From positions 544,001 through 608,000 of the forward strand of contig CAVTRY010000011.1 of assembly GCA_963737265.1 (NCBI GenBank): a DNA stretch of 64,000 nt, given 5' to 3'. A program made the position numbers and the translations under genes. The notes below the pieces were generated by a model. It made no database searches, was not told the DNA's origin, and saw only the letters and a program-made list of their open reading frames with translations. The first letter of the stretch is position 1; each line of letters starts with the position of its first letter. This stretch comes from an uncultured delta proteobacterium. Lineage in GTDB: Bacteria; Myxococcota_A; Polyangia; Fen-1088. Positions 1-9,414 of this stretch are shown piece by piece.

Positions 1-258
1 GGCGCGGATGGACAAGGAGCAGTCGACATCGGCGATGCCAACACCGACTACGGACTCGGCGTAGACGAGCCCTTCGTGGGCAACGCGAACAGTAACAGTC
101 CGCGCAAGCGCTGGTGGGGCCTATGGCGGAAGGACCACATCTACTACATGCTCCTCGCCGGGACGGGCAATCCCATCGACTTTGAATTCTACGATTCAGG
201 CTACGCCGACAACTCAACAACGTTCAAGTTCACGGTGGGAGTTAGAGAGCTGCATTAA
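1..258 (+). CDS. 3' end of a hypothetical (probably secreted) protein, truncated by the window edge
   Basis: Frame 1 is open from base 1 (GADGQGAVDIGDANTDYGLG...FYDSGYADN...VRELH) to TAA at 256-258. Confidence 0.6.
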   Translation, partial: GADGQGAVDIGDANTDYGLGVDEPFVGNANSNSPRKRWWGLWRKDHIYYMLLAGTGNPIDFEFYDSGYADNSTTFKFTVGVRELH

Positions 259-290
259 CTGCCAGCGGCTTGGAAGCGAGCGGCAGCTAA

Positions 291-410
291 GGGCTCGTCA
301 GAGAATATCTGCGACGATTTGGACGACGATCCATTCCGGCTGGCTTTGTCGTTCGCCGTCGCAACACGTCGAGTATTCCTCGCGGCTCGCCAACCCGGGC
401 TGACGAGCTC
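291..410. repeat. Degenerate inverted-repeat (MITE-like) intergenic element
   Basis: GGGCTCGTCAG (291-301) and CTGACGAGCTC (400-410) are inverted repeats matching 10/11. No clear target duplication. Confidence 0.35.
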
Positions 411-638
411 CATAGGCGAGTCTGGCGATGGAAGCCAGGAGACCTCAACACACCCGACGACCAAAAGACCGACGAAACGCGGATGACAGCACCGTCGTGT
501 CCGATGGGGCGGACGCCCGCGTCGCGCGAAAAGCCTGGCTCATGCGGCGCTACTGGCAAGGACACCGGCTTCTACCGCGAACCGCACGGGGATTTTGGGG
601 TTGTGCTCATAAGCGGCCCTATGGTAGGTTGGCGGCCG

Positions 639-1448
639 ATGGCATTTTTACGTGCACCGCTGGTTCTTGTCTTGGTGACACTCGCATTCGCTGGCTCCGT
701 CTCCGCCGCCGATGGGGCGAAGTCGAAAGGAGCCCGAGAGAAAGCCGCCAAAAAGGCATGCTCTGTGGGGGACTTCCAAAAGGGTGTGGATATATTGGGA
801 GATCTCTTCGTGGAAACCAACGACTTCAACTATGTGTACAACCAGGGCCGATGCTATCAACAAAATACCAAATTTGAGCAAGCTGCCAACAGATTTCGTG
901 AATACCTGCGCAAGGCCAAGGATCTTTCTGACAATGACAGGGCCGAGGTCGATCGTCAAGTCAGCGAATGCGAAACTTCGCTCGCCAGGGCGGCCCAGGT
1001 AGCGCCACCTCCGGTCACCGCGGCGCCGCCGACGGTCGTCCGCGCCGAAACACCGGCCCCTGCGCCTGAACCGGCGACACCCGAGGTCGCGACCAAGCCG
1101 ACCCCACCACCGTCGGACGGCAGTCAGGGCAAGGGCCTGCGCACCGCCGGAATCATCTGCGCGGTGGTCGGGCTGGCCGCGGTAGGCACCGGCGTCGGCT
1201 TGGCCTTGAAAACCCAAAGCATCACCTCCGACGAGAAGAAATCGGGGGGAGCCACCCCGTCCCAGGAAAACGAGCGCAAGTCCCTGATAACCTGGGGCTG
1301 GGTCAGCTACGGCGTCGGCGCGGCAGCTGTCGCGACCGGCGCGATTCTTTATATCGTGGGTTGGCCCAGCGACCAGTCGACCAATGTGGCCCTGTTGCCC
1401 CTCCTCGGCCCCGACGGGGCTTCCGTGATGCTGAAAGGGAAATTCTAA
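639..1448 (+). CDS. Secreted TPR-like protein with Pro-rich linker, C-terminal hydrophobic hairpin and terminal ...LKGKF
   Basis: Signal peptide, a TPR-like segment (YNQGRCYQQ...AANRFREYL), two hydrophobic segments and a terminal Phe. Its stop overlaps the next ATG (TAATG). Confidence 0.75.
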   Translation: MAFLRAPLVLVLVTLAFAGSVSAADGAKSKGAREKAAKKACSVGDFQKGVDILGDLFVETNDFNYVYNQGRCYQQNTKFEQAANRFREYLRKAKDLSDNDRAEVDRQVSECETSLARAAQVAPPPVTAAPPTVVRAETPAPAPEPATPEVATKPTPPPSDGSQGKGLRTAGIICAVVGLAAVGTGVGLALKTQSITSDEKKSGGATPSQENERKSLITWGWVSYGVGAAAVATGAILYIVGWPSDQSTNVALLPLLGPDGASVMLKGKF

Positions 1449-4079
1449 TGCGAACTTATCGCGCGGTGCTCTCCGAGGTTGTTTTTTCCATGTCGGTCGT
1501 CGGCTTGGCAGGCTGTTTTGGCCAGGGCACTGGCCTCAAAGCGAGCGACGGCGCGGTTGCTGGGAGGCAAGTCGACAGTGGCGGAGCGGGCGGAAGCGTA
1601 GGGAAGGGCGGCGCATCGGCAGACGGCTCAGTTTCGTCGGGTGGCAAGTTCGCAATCGATGGACCGGCGTCGACAGGCGGCAGCGCCGCCGGTGCGGGTG
1701 GTGGCGGTGGTCTCGCTGGCAATGTTGCTGGCGGCGCCGGAGGTACCTCAATCGGAGATGCACCTCTCGCAAGCTCGGGTGGTGCGGGAAGTGGAGGCAC
1801 CGCTGGCGGCGCGGGCGGAACAACCGTAGGGGCTGGCGGCGCTGGCGGAATCGTGATTGCAGATGGCGGCGCCGGAGGTACCTCCGTGGTGGACGCTCCG
1901 CTCGCGGGCTCGGGTGGTGCGGGAAGTGGGGGGGCCACTGTCGGCGCGGGTGGCAGCGGCGCGGGCGGCAGCGGCACGGGCGGCACGACGACCTTGTCCA
2001 CCGGTGCCACTTGCCAGACCGATAGCCAGTGCACGCTCGGCTTCTGTGTCGACGGCGTTTGTTGCAACAGCAGGTGCGCCGGACAATGCCAGGCCTGCGC
2101 CGAGACTGGTAGCGTTGGGACATGCGCGACGGTCACTTCTGGAAGCCCCCGGGGCTCTCGCACGGCCTGCAGCGGCACTGACAATTGCAAGGGCACCTGT
2201 GATGGTTCCAGCGCGGCGTCATGCCAGATGCCCAACAATGAGACCCTCTGCAAGAGCGAAAGCTGCTCGGCCGATCAACATACGCCCGCTTCGTATTGTA
2301 ATGGCAACGGAACCTGTCCTACCCAGAATGCGTTGCCATGCGGGAGCGGCGCGTGCGCAACCGACGGAAGTGGCACATGCCTCGGCTCCTGCACGGCAAA
2401 CTCCTGCCCTACCGGCCAATATTGTGCTTCCACGGGCAGCTGCACACCGAAGAAGGGTGCCGGAACCGGAAACACGTGCGCGACGGGGACCGAGTGTAGT
2501 GCTGGCTTCTGCGCACCAGATGGCATTTGCTGCCAGTCGGCGTGCACCGGGCAATGCCAGACCTGCAACAACAGCACTGGGCTCTGTACCCGAGTCGCCT
2601 CGGGCCAGCCCGTGGGAGGCCGGGGCGCGTGCACGAACTCTACCGACAGTACCTGCGGCGGGCGTTGCGACAACACCTCCGACAATTGCAGCTATCAAAC
2701 CGGCAAGAGCTGCGGGACCAATTCTTGCTCGACGCCGAGCTATACCTCGCAGATCGCCCCGGTTTGCGATGGAACGGGTTACTGTAACACTTCGGCGACG
2801 ACCGCCTGCGGGGGAAGCCAGGTTTGTGTGGGCAGCGGCTGCACGTCGAAGATTGCAACTAATGGCTCAACCACATGCCAAGTCGACGGACAATGCGCAA
2901 GCGGACACTGTTGTGGTGGAACCTGCCGAGACTGGAGCAGTGATAGCTCCAATTGTGGTGGATGCGGGAGCAGTGGAGCTAGCCACGTGTGTACGTCTCC
3001 GCAAACGTGCGGCGGTAGCGGAACCCCCGGTGTGTGTGGGTCCGCCGGCACGAGCCAGGGTGGAACCTGCTCGAACAACCGCCCAGTGCGCTGCCGGCCT
3101 CTACTGCACCGATGGTGTGTGCTGCACGACGCAGTCGTCCTGCGGAACCTGCAAGGCATGCAACGTCCCAGGCAATCAGGGAACGTGCAGCCCAGTCGCT
3201 GTAGGCACCACCGATCCGGCGTGCCCGAATAATTCGACCAACTGCATGGCCGGCGGTTGCAACGGTTCAGGATCGTGTAACGCTAGCCCGGCAGGCACTG
3301 CTTGCGGCTCTGTTTCTGTTTGCACGGACGATGCGTCTATTACCGCGGGCCAGCGGAACACGACGTCGAGCTACTACCAGATGAAATGCAACGGTACCGC
3401 GGGCTCTGCCGGCTGCGTGGCGTCGACGCTGGCGTCATGCAATGTCGGCTTGACCTGCGCAAGCTCAACCACGTGCAAGACGCAATGCTTTAAAGACTCA
3501 GATTGCGTGTGGGGTTACTACTGCGACGGCAACACCTACATGTGTAGTCCAAAGAAGGGCAACGGGACTCAAGTCTTCTGTTCGAGAGCGATGGAGTGCA
3601 CCAGCGGCGCCTGCCAGGCCACCGAACTCCAGAGTCTTCTCCACTGCACCGAGTGTTCGTCGGGTTACAGCTCCTTCGACAGTTATTCGAATTACAGCTG
3701 CGATTTGGGGACGGACGGGCTTGCTCAGATTTGCTCATCAGGAAACGGCGAACCTTTCTGCACCCCCTATCAGGGAGGATGCGCCTCCGGCCCCACCACC
3801 ATCTGCCCGCCCAACGCTCCAAACTGCAACAGCAGTAGCGGCCACTGTCTTTGCGGAACCGGAAACCCATGCAGTCATCTGGGAGATATCTGCGTGAACA
3901 ACGGGCAATGCAAGATGACCGGCGGGTTTCCTTGTATCAATCCCAACGACTGCGCCTACGGGACATGCAGCGGCGGTGTTTGCCCCCAGATGCCTACGGG
4001 ACAGCCGTGCACCGGCCTGCTGATTCCGAATCAGGAATGTGCGAACGGGACCTGCCCCTTCTCCAAAATTTGCCCGTGA
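1448..4079 (+). CDS. Large Gly-rich/Cys-rich repeat lipoprotein, with an apparent +1 frameshift near 3074
   Basis: Lipobox LAG-C, a GAGG-rich linker and repeated C-x-DG-x-CC motifs. The Cys-rich sequence switches from the 1361..3232 frame to the 1857..4079 frame at GCTCGAAC (3069-3076). Confidence 0.8.
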
Positions 4080-4396
4080 ATGAGAGCCCGCCCCGCCTGC
4101 ATTAACAGCTAGCAAGTAGCAGGCGCGGGGCTCAGGCCCACCCAAGTCAGCTGAGCAATCGCCTCGTCAATGCAGTGTTCCAGCAGGCGGCGTTGGACCC
4201 GCTCTGGCGGCACGGTACGGAGCCTTGGATCGGCACCAGCCTAGCGGTGGCTTTTAGTTCGCCACTGACTGTCATAGGCAACGGAAAAGGCGCCCGTGTC
4301 GCACGAAAAGTCTGGCACACCAAAGGCCATAACACTATTATTTGGCAAATAGGTTCTGATATACCTCGAACGGCAACAACCCATGCGGAGATAGCC

Positions 4397-6541
4397 ATGC
4401 AGAGATCCACGAGTTCTTCATCGGCAACGAAAATGGCCGCGCGGCCCCGGCTCCGGCGCGTTCTGGCCACGGTGTTTGGCGCCGCTATCGGCTTGGCCGC
4501 CTTGGCCTGGTTTCTGATTCGCGTCCTGCCCAAACCGAGTCGGGCGAGCTATCCTTGCCAGCGCGCCGCCTTTCCGGTGGCTTCGGCGTTTGTGCTGTGG
4601 ATCGCAGGGGCGCTCGGCGGCTGGGCGCTGGCCACGCGTTTTCGTCTGCGCATTCCACGCCTCCGGCACGCGGCGATGGTGCTCGGCCTCATCACAGTGG
4701 CCGGTCTCGCCTCGTGGCACGCCTCCCGGGCCGATACCACACCCAATCAGCCCGTTGGGACCGCACGGGGTATCAACCCAGGCCGCGTGGCGTGGAGCCG
4801 CGATCCCGCTGCTGCCCTGTGGAGCGGCAACAACAGCGACGGCACGCACTGGTGGGATCCCACCAAGACGGACCAGACCAAAGTCGATGCCCTGCTGTCG
4901 TCTAGCTTGCAGTCGCTCACCGGCACGACCAGCGACGCGGCCGCCTGGGACGCTCTTTTTCACAGCTTCAACGTGCGGCGTGGAAACGGCGACATCGGGT
5001 ATGCGGCATCCACTCGCAAGGGCATCGCCATCAAGATCAACCAGAATCCGGCTAGCGATGTGAACTACACCTATAGCAACAACGGCGTCCAAGGTCAGCC
5101 TAACGTCATTACCGGCAACCCACACTTGCTCCTCTCACTGGTCAATTCGCTGGTCGCCGCTGGCGTGGCGGAGACCGATATCGTCATCTCGGATCCCACG
5201 AGCATGAACGTTGGGTGGCAGGGGCCCCGCGTGATCGGCGACAGTATCTACAACTACGTGCATCCATTGCACCCAGGCGTGCACTTCGTGGACGGCATCG
5301 GCAAGAATGGCCGCGAGATCGCGACCTGGCCAAACTCGGATCAAATCGTCTACCCGAAAAACGAGGGGGCGGGCACGAAGATCGAGCAGCACTTCCTGGA
5401 TGCCGGCTTCATCATCAACATGGCGATCTTGAAGAGCCATGGCTCTGGCGATGGCCCCACCCTGTGCTTCAAGAACCACTACGGCACTATCAGTGGCCAG
5501 GCGCACGGGTCGTACTACGGCAACAGTGGGGGCTTCCCAACCTACTACTCGAATCTTGTCCCGCCCATGGGACACCAGGAGCTCGGCGAGAAGGAAATGC
5601 TCTTCATGCTCGACGCTCTCTACGGCGCGTCTTCCCCCAACGTCGTCCCCACAAAATGGAAGATGGCGCCCTTCAACAACAACTGGCCCAGCAGCGTGTT
5701 TGTGTCGCAGGACGCAGTTGCCATCGATTCCGTGGGCTTCGATTTTCTCTACAACGAGTTTGGCTTGCCCTCGAACAGTGACAACTACCTCTACGATGCG
5801 GCCTCGTCCCCCAAGAAGTCGGGCGTCGTCTACCAACCCACTGCGGGAAGCAACGCGGTCCTAGGTAGTTTGGGCGTGCACGAACACTGGAACAACCCGA
5901 CCAGCAAGCAGTATTCGCGCAACCTGAATCCCACGACTGGCCAGGGCATCGAGTTGGTGGCCCTAACTCCTGGTACCAGCACCGGCACGGGTGGCGCGAG
6001 CGGCACGGGTGGCGCGAGCGGCACGGGTGGCGCAGGCGGCACGGGTGGCGCAAGCGGCACGGGCGGCGCAAGCGGCACGGGCGGCGCAAGCGGCGCGGTC
6101 GGCACGGGCGGCAGCGCGGTCGGCACGGGTGGAAAAGGTACGGGAGGCGTGGTGGTCAGCAGTGGCGGCGCGGTTGGCGCCGGCGGGACCGTTTTGCCAG
6201 GGAATGGCGGCGCAACCCCTTCGGGCGGAGCGGTTGCCTCAGGTGGCGAAAAGAGCAGCGGCGGCGTCACCAGCTCCGGCGGGACGACGGCCGTCGCCAG
6301 CAACGGCGGCGCGCTTGGCGCGGGTGGCACACAAAGCAAGGGTGGTGCAACCTCGGCGGGCGGCAACGCGCAGTTCTCGGGCAGCGGCGGCGCAGGCGCG
6401 GGTGGCGCCTCGGCCAGCACAGCATCGACCGGCGGCGGTTCCTGCGCGATCGGCGGCTCGCCCAACAAGAGCGGGGTCGGCCTACTCGTGCTGTTCGTCC
6501 TGGGAGCGTTCACCTTCCGGCGCGGGCGCAGAAGTCGATAG
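4397..6541 (+). CDS. DUF362-like protein with Gly-rich linker and MYXO-CTERM-type C-terminal anchor
   Basis: Motifs RVLPKPSRASYPCQ, GINPGRVAW, IAIKIN, INMAILKSH, TLCFKNHYG and SQDAVAIDSVG. C-terminus is GGSC...hydrophobic...RRGRR. GGAG lies upstream of the ATG. Confidence 0.75.
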   Translation: MQRSTSSSSATKMAARPRLRRVLATVFGAAIGLAALAWFLIRVLPKPSRASYPCQRAAFPVASAFVLWIAGALGGWALATRFRLRIPRLRHAAMVLGLITVAGLASWHASRADTTPNQPVGTARGINPGRVAWSRDPAAALWSGNNSDGTHWWDPTKTDQTKVDALLSSSLQSLTGTTSDAAAWDALFHSFNVRRGNGDIGYAASTRKGIAIKINQNPASDVNYTYSNNGVQGQPNVITGNPHLLLSLVNSLVAAGVAETDIVISDPTSMNVGWQGPRVIGDSIYNYVHPLHPGVHFVDGIGKNGREIATWPNSDQIVYPKNEGAGTKIEQHFLDAGFIINMAILKSHGSGDGPTLCFKNHYGTISGQAHGSYYGNSGGFPTYYSNLVPPMGHQELGEKEMLFMLDALYGASSPNVVPTKWKMAPFNNNWPSSVFVSQDAVAIDSVGFDFLYNEFGLPSNSDNYLYDAASSPKKSGVVYQPTAGSNAVLGSLGVHEHWNNPTSKQYSRNLNPTTGQGIELVALTPGTSTGTGGASGTGGASGTGGAGGTGGASGTGGASGTGGASGAVGTGGSAVGTGGKGTGGVVVSSGGAVGAGGTVLPGNGGATPSGGAVASGGEKSSGGVTSSGGTTAVASNGGALGAGGTQSKGGATSAGGNAQFSGSGGAGAGGASASTASTGGGSCAIGGSPNKSGVGLLVLFVLGAFTFRRGRRSR
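5984..6095 (+). repeat. 18-bp coding tandem repeat (GTGGAS)n
   Basis: About six GGCACGGGYGGCGCRRGC units. Confidence 0.8.
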
Positions 6542-6609
6542 ACGACCTTCCGTGCGCGCAAGGAGCGCCCGCAACTGGGTTGCGGGCGTGGGGTGCGAGT
6601 AGCGCGTTC

Positions 6610-6722
6610 TTTCACCACAGAGGACGCAGAGAAACAGAGCCCGGACAGGAACCATTCGGATCTCGGATCCGGACCCCTTCTTTCTCCGAAGTCTCTGGGT
6701 GCTCGGTGACTCTGTGGTGAAA
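6610..6722. repeat. 113-bp intergenic inverted-repeat element (CACCACAGAG...CTCTGTGGTG type)
   Basis: Perfect 13-bp inverted repeat TTTCACCACAGAG / CTCTGTGGTGAAA, with internal ~9-bp CAGAG and CTCTG subrepeats. Confidence 0.7.
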
Positions 6723-6736
6723 CCCAGCCGTGAGCC

Positions 6737-7180
6737 ATGCGCAGACCGGTTCTGTTGCTCAGCCTCCTCGGTTGCCTCGCCTGCGCCAGCCAGGGTCGCG
6801 ACGGGCGTGCACGTGCGGTCGGCCCCGCCCCCGAGCCGACACGCGAAATGCCATTCGTCAGCGAGGGGCGCGCCAGCTACTACGCACGCTCGCTGGCAGG
6901 ACATAAGACCGCATCTGGCGAGCTCTACGATCCCGAGCGTTTGACCGCCGCGCACCGCAGCCTACCGCTGGGAACGATCATTCGGGTGACCCGTTTGCCG
7001 GATGGCCCGTCGGTCGCGGTTCGGGTAAACGATCGCTGCGGCTGTCAACACGGCCACATCATCGATCTCTCCGAGTCCGCCGCCCGCAAGCTGGACATGC
7101 TTCGACTGGGAACCGTGCCGGTCAGCATCGCAGTGCTCGGCCACCATCCCATGGGGAACACGGTCAGCGGCGAACCATAA
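6737..7180 (+). CDS. rlpA: Septal ring lytic transglycosylase RlpA family lipoprotein (DPBB)
   Basis: Motifs GRASYY, TASGELYD, LTAAHRSLPLGT, VRVNDR and IIDLS. Lipobox LAC. Confidence 0.9.
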   Translation: MRRPVLLLSLLGCLACASQGRDGRARAVGPAPEPTREMPFVSEGRASYYARSLAGHKTASGELYDPERLTAAHRSLPLGTIIRVTRLPDGPSVAVRVNDRCGCQHGHIIDLSESAARKLDMLRLGTVPVSIAVLGHHPMGNTVSGEP

Positions 7181-7288
7181 TGTCCGCGTCGATGTTATGA
7201 GAGTCGTACCGCTCCGTCGGTGCCGCCGGGTCAAGGACTTGGACCGCTTCAATTGCCATGAATATTCCCCCTCCGAACGATGCCTTGA

Positions 7289-9265
7289 CTAGCCGACCCC
7301 TCGTTTAGCAATCAGTGCGTCGACGATCGACGGGTCGGCCAGGGTCGTCGTATCGCCCATGTCGTCGGTCTTGCCCGCGGCAATGTTACGGAGAATTCGC
7401 CGCATGATCTTTCCCGAGCGGGTCTTGGGCAGGCCCGGCGCGATGAGAACGACGTCGGGCGTGGCAAAGGGGCCGATGTGGTGACGAACCTCGTTCTTGA
7501 GCTCGCCGATGAGCTCTGGATTTTCGCTCCAGCCTGCATGGAGAATTACGAAAGCAAAGATGCCCTGACCTTTGATCTCGTGCGGATAGCCCACCACCGC
7601 AGCCTCGGCGCAAGCGGGATGGGTGACCAGCGCGCTCTCGACCTCGGCGGTGCCCAGGCGATGACCCGAGACATTGATGACGTCGTCGACGCGGCCGGTG
7701 ATCCAATAGTAGCCGTCCTCATCGCGGCGACAGCCGTCGCCGGTGAGGTAATAGCCGTGGAATGGCCGCAAATAGGTCTGAACGAAGCGAGGATGATCGT
7801 TTTGGATGGTGCGGGCCATACCCGGCCACGGTCGTTTGATGGCCAGCAGGCCGGACACGTTGTTGCCTTGCAATTCCTTTCCCTGTTCGTCGAGCACGAC
7901 TGGCTCGACGCCGAAGAACGGAAACGTGGCCGAGCCGGGTTTAAGCGGCGTGGCGCCGGGCAACGGAGTGATCATGATGCCCCCGGTTTCGGTCTGCCAC
8001 CAGGTGTCCACGATAGGGCAGCGTCCCTCGCCCACCACGTCGTGGTACCAGCGCCACGCCTCTGGATTGATGGGCTCGCCGACCGTGCCGAGGATGCGCA
8101 GCGAGGACCGATCGTGGGCCTTGACGAAAGCGTCGCCCTCGCGGGCCACGGCGCGAATGGCGGTGGGCGCGGTGTAGAACTGGTTCACGCGGTGGCGCTC
8201 GACCAGATCCCAATAGCGGCCCGAATCGGGATAAAGCGGCACGCTCTCGAACAGCAAGGTCGTGGCGCCGTTGCACAGCGGCCCATAGACCACATACGAG
8301 TGGCCGGTGATCCAGCCTACCTCGGCCACGCACGCATAGACGTCGCCGTCGTGGTAGTCGAAAACAAATTTATGAGTAAGCGCGGCCTGCAGCAGGTATC
8401 CCGCCGTGGTGTGTGCCACGCCCTTGGGGCGACCGGTGCTGCCCGAGGTGTAGAGGAGAAATAGCGTGTCCTCGCTGTCCATGTGTTCGATGGGGCAGTA
8501 GGTGCGTTCGCCGTCCATCGCTTCGCGCAGCCAGATGTCGCGTTGAGGGTAGAAGGGAACCTTGTTGCCCGTTCGCCGCGCCACGAACACCGTGCGCACC
8601 GTGGGGCAGGCCATCACCGCCTCGTCGACCGTACGTTTGAGCGAGATGATCTTGCCGCCGCGCACGCCCTCGTCGGCCGTGATCACGGTCGTGCAGCGCG
8701 CGTCGTTGATGCGGTCGCGCAGGCTCTCGGCCGAGAAGCCCGCGAACACGACATTGTGCACGGCCCCGATGCGCGCGCAGGCCAACATCGCATAGACAGC
8801 CTCTAGGATCATCGGCAGGTAGATGGCAACCCGGTCGCCTTTGCGGACGCCGTTGTGGCGAAGAACATTGGCCAGCCGACACACCTCGCGCTGGAGCTCG
8901 CGATAGGTGACGCTCCTGCCCTCGCCTGGCGCGTCCGACTCCCAAATCAGAGCGACTTGGTCGCCTTTTTCGGCCACATGCCTGTCGACGCAATTGTGGC
9001 AGGCGTTGAGGCGGCCGTTGAGGAACCAAGCCACCTGGCCATATTCGAAATCGCAATCGCTCACCTGGCTGAATGGATGGAACCAGGCCAGGGTTTCGAG
9101 AGCGCGCTGACGCCAGAAGGCGTCGGGATCCTTCAGGCTTTCCGCGTACAGCTTGAGGTAGGCCTCGAACGACGGAATGTGCGCGCGCCGGCTTAGCTCC
9201 GCGGGCAGCGCCATCGACGCGCTAAGGCTGGCGGCTACGTCGGTCTTGGGGGACGTCGCAGGCAT
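7289..9265 (-). CDS. acs: Acetyl-CoA synthetase (acetate--CoA ligase)
   Basis: Motifs [36 protein letters not shown] and [12 protein letters not shown]. Start is 9265 or 9271. Confidence 0.95.
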   Translation of the reverse strand: MPATSPKTDVAASLSASMALPAELSRRAHIPSFEAYLKLYAESLKDPDAFWRQRALETLAWFHPFSQVSDCDFEYGQVAWFLNGRLNACHNCVDRHVAEKGDQVALIWESDAPGEGRSVTYRELQREVCRLANVLRHNGVRKGDRVAIYLPMILEAVYAMLACARIGAVHNVVFAGFSAESLRDRINDARCTTVITADEGVRGGKIISLKRTVDEAVMACPTVRTVFVARRTGNKVPFYPQRDIWLREAMDGERTYCPIEHMDSEDTLFLLYTSGSTGRPKGVAHTTAGYLLQAALTHKFVFDYHDGDVYACVAEVGWITGHSYVVYGPLCNGATTLLFESVPLYPDSGRYWDLVERHRVNQFYTAPTAIRAVAREGDAFVKAHDRSSLRILGTVGEPINPEAWRWYHDVVGEGRCPIVDTWWQTETGGIMITPLPGATPLKPGSATFPFFGVEPVVLDEQGKELQGNNVSGLLAIKRPWPGMARTIQNDHPRFVQTYLRPFHGYYLTGDGCRRDEDGYYWITGRVDDVINVSGHRLGTAEVESALVTHPACAEAAVVGYPHEIKGQGIFAFVILHAGWSENPELIGELKNEVRHHIGPFATPDVVLIAPGLPKTRSGKIMRRILRNIAAGKTDDMGDTTTLADPSIVDALIAKRGVG

Positions 9266-9414
9266 GGGCATCCTTTCGCGGTGCGGGTTTGGATGCTCTG
9301 TGCAGGAATTTCGTTTCACTTGCACGCGCCGCCGGGCCATGCTTTCGGCAAGGGCACAAGTTCTGGGCTAAAATTACTGGGCCCAGGCCCGCGCAGCTCT
9401 CCCGCAGTAGCAGC

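Noticed and set aside
3069-3076. Programmed ribosomal frameshifting at GCTCGAAC
   Set aside because: The motif occurs on the non-coding strand in prkA, is not a slippery sequence, and occurs in unrelated genes and codon phases.
4084-4133. Terminator hairpin after the Cys-rich gene
   Set aside because: The stem is imperfect with a long loop and no U-tract, too weak to call.
4312-4330. Sigma54 promoters at TGGCAC (also about 40987)
   Set aside because: There is no TTGC/GC element at the required spacing.
5984-6430. Repeat arrays in Gly-rich regions (also about 1580-1990 and 42690-43160)
   Set aside because: They are low-complexity coding linkers of surface proteins, not independent elements.
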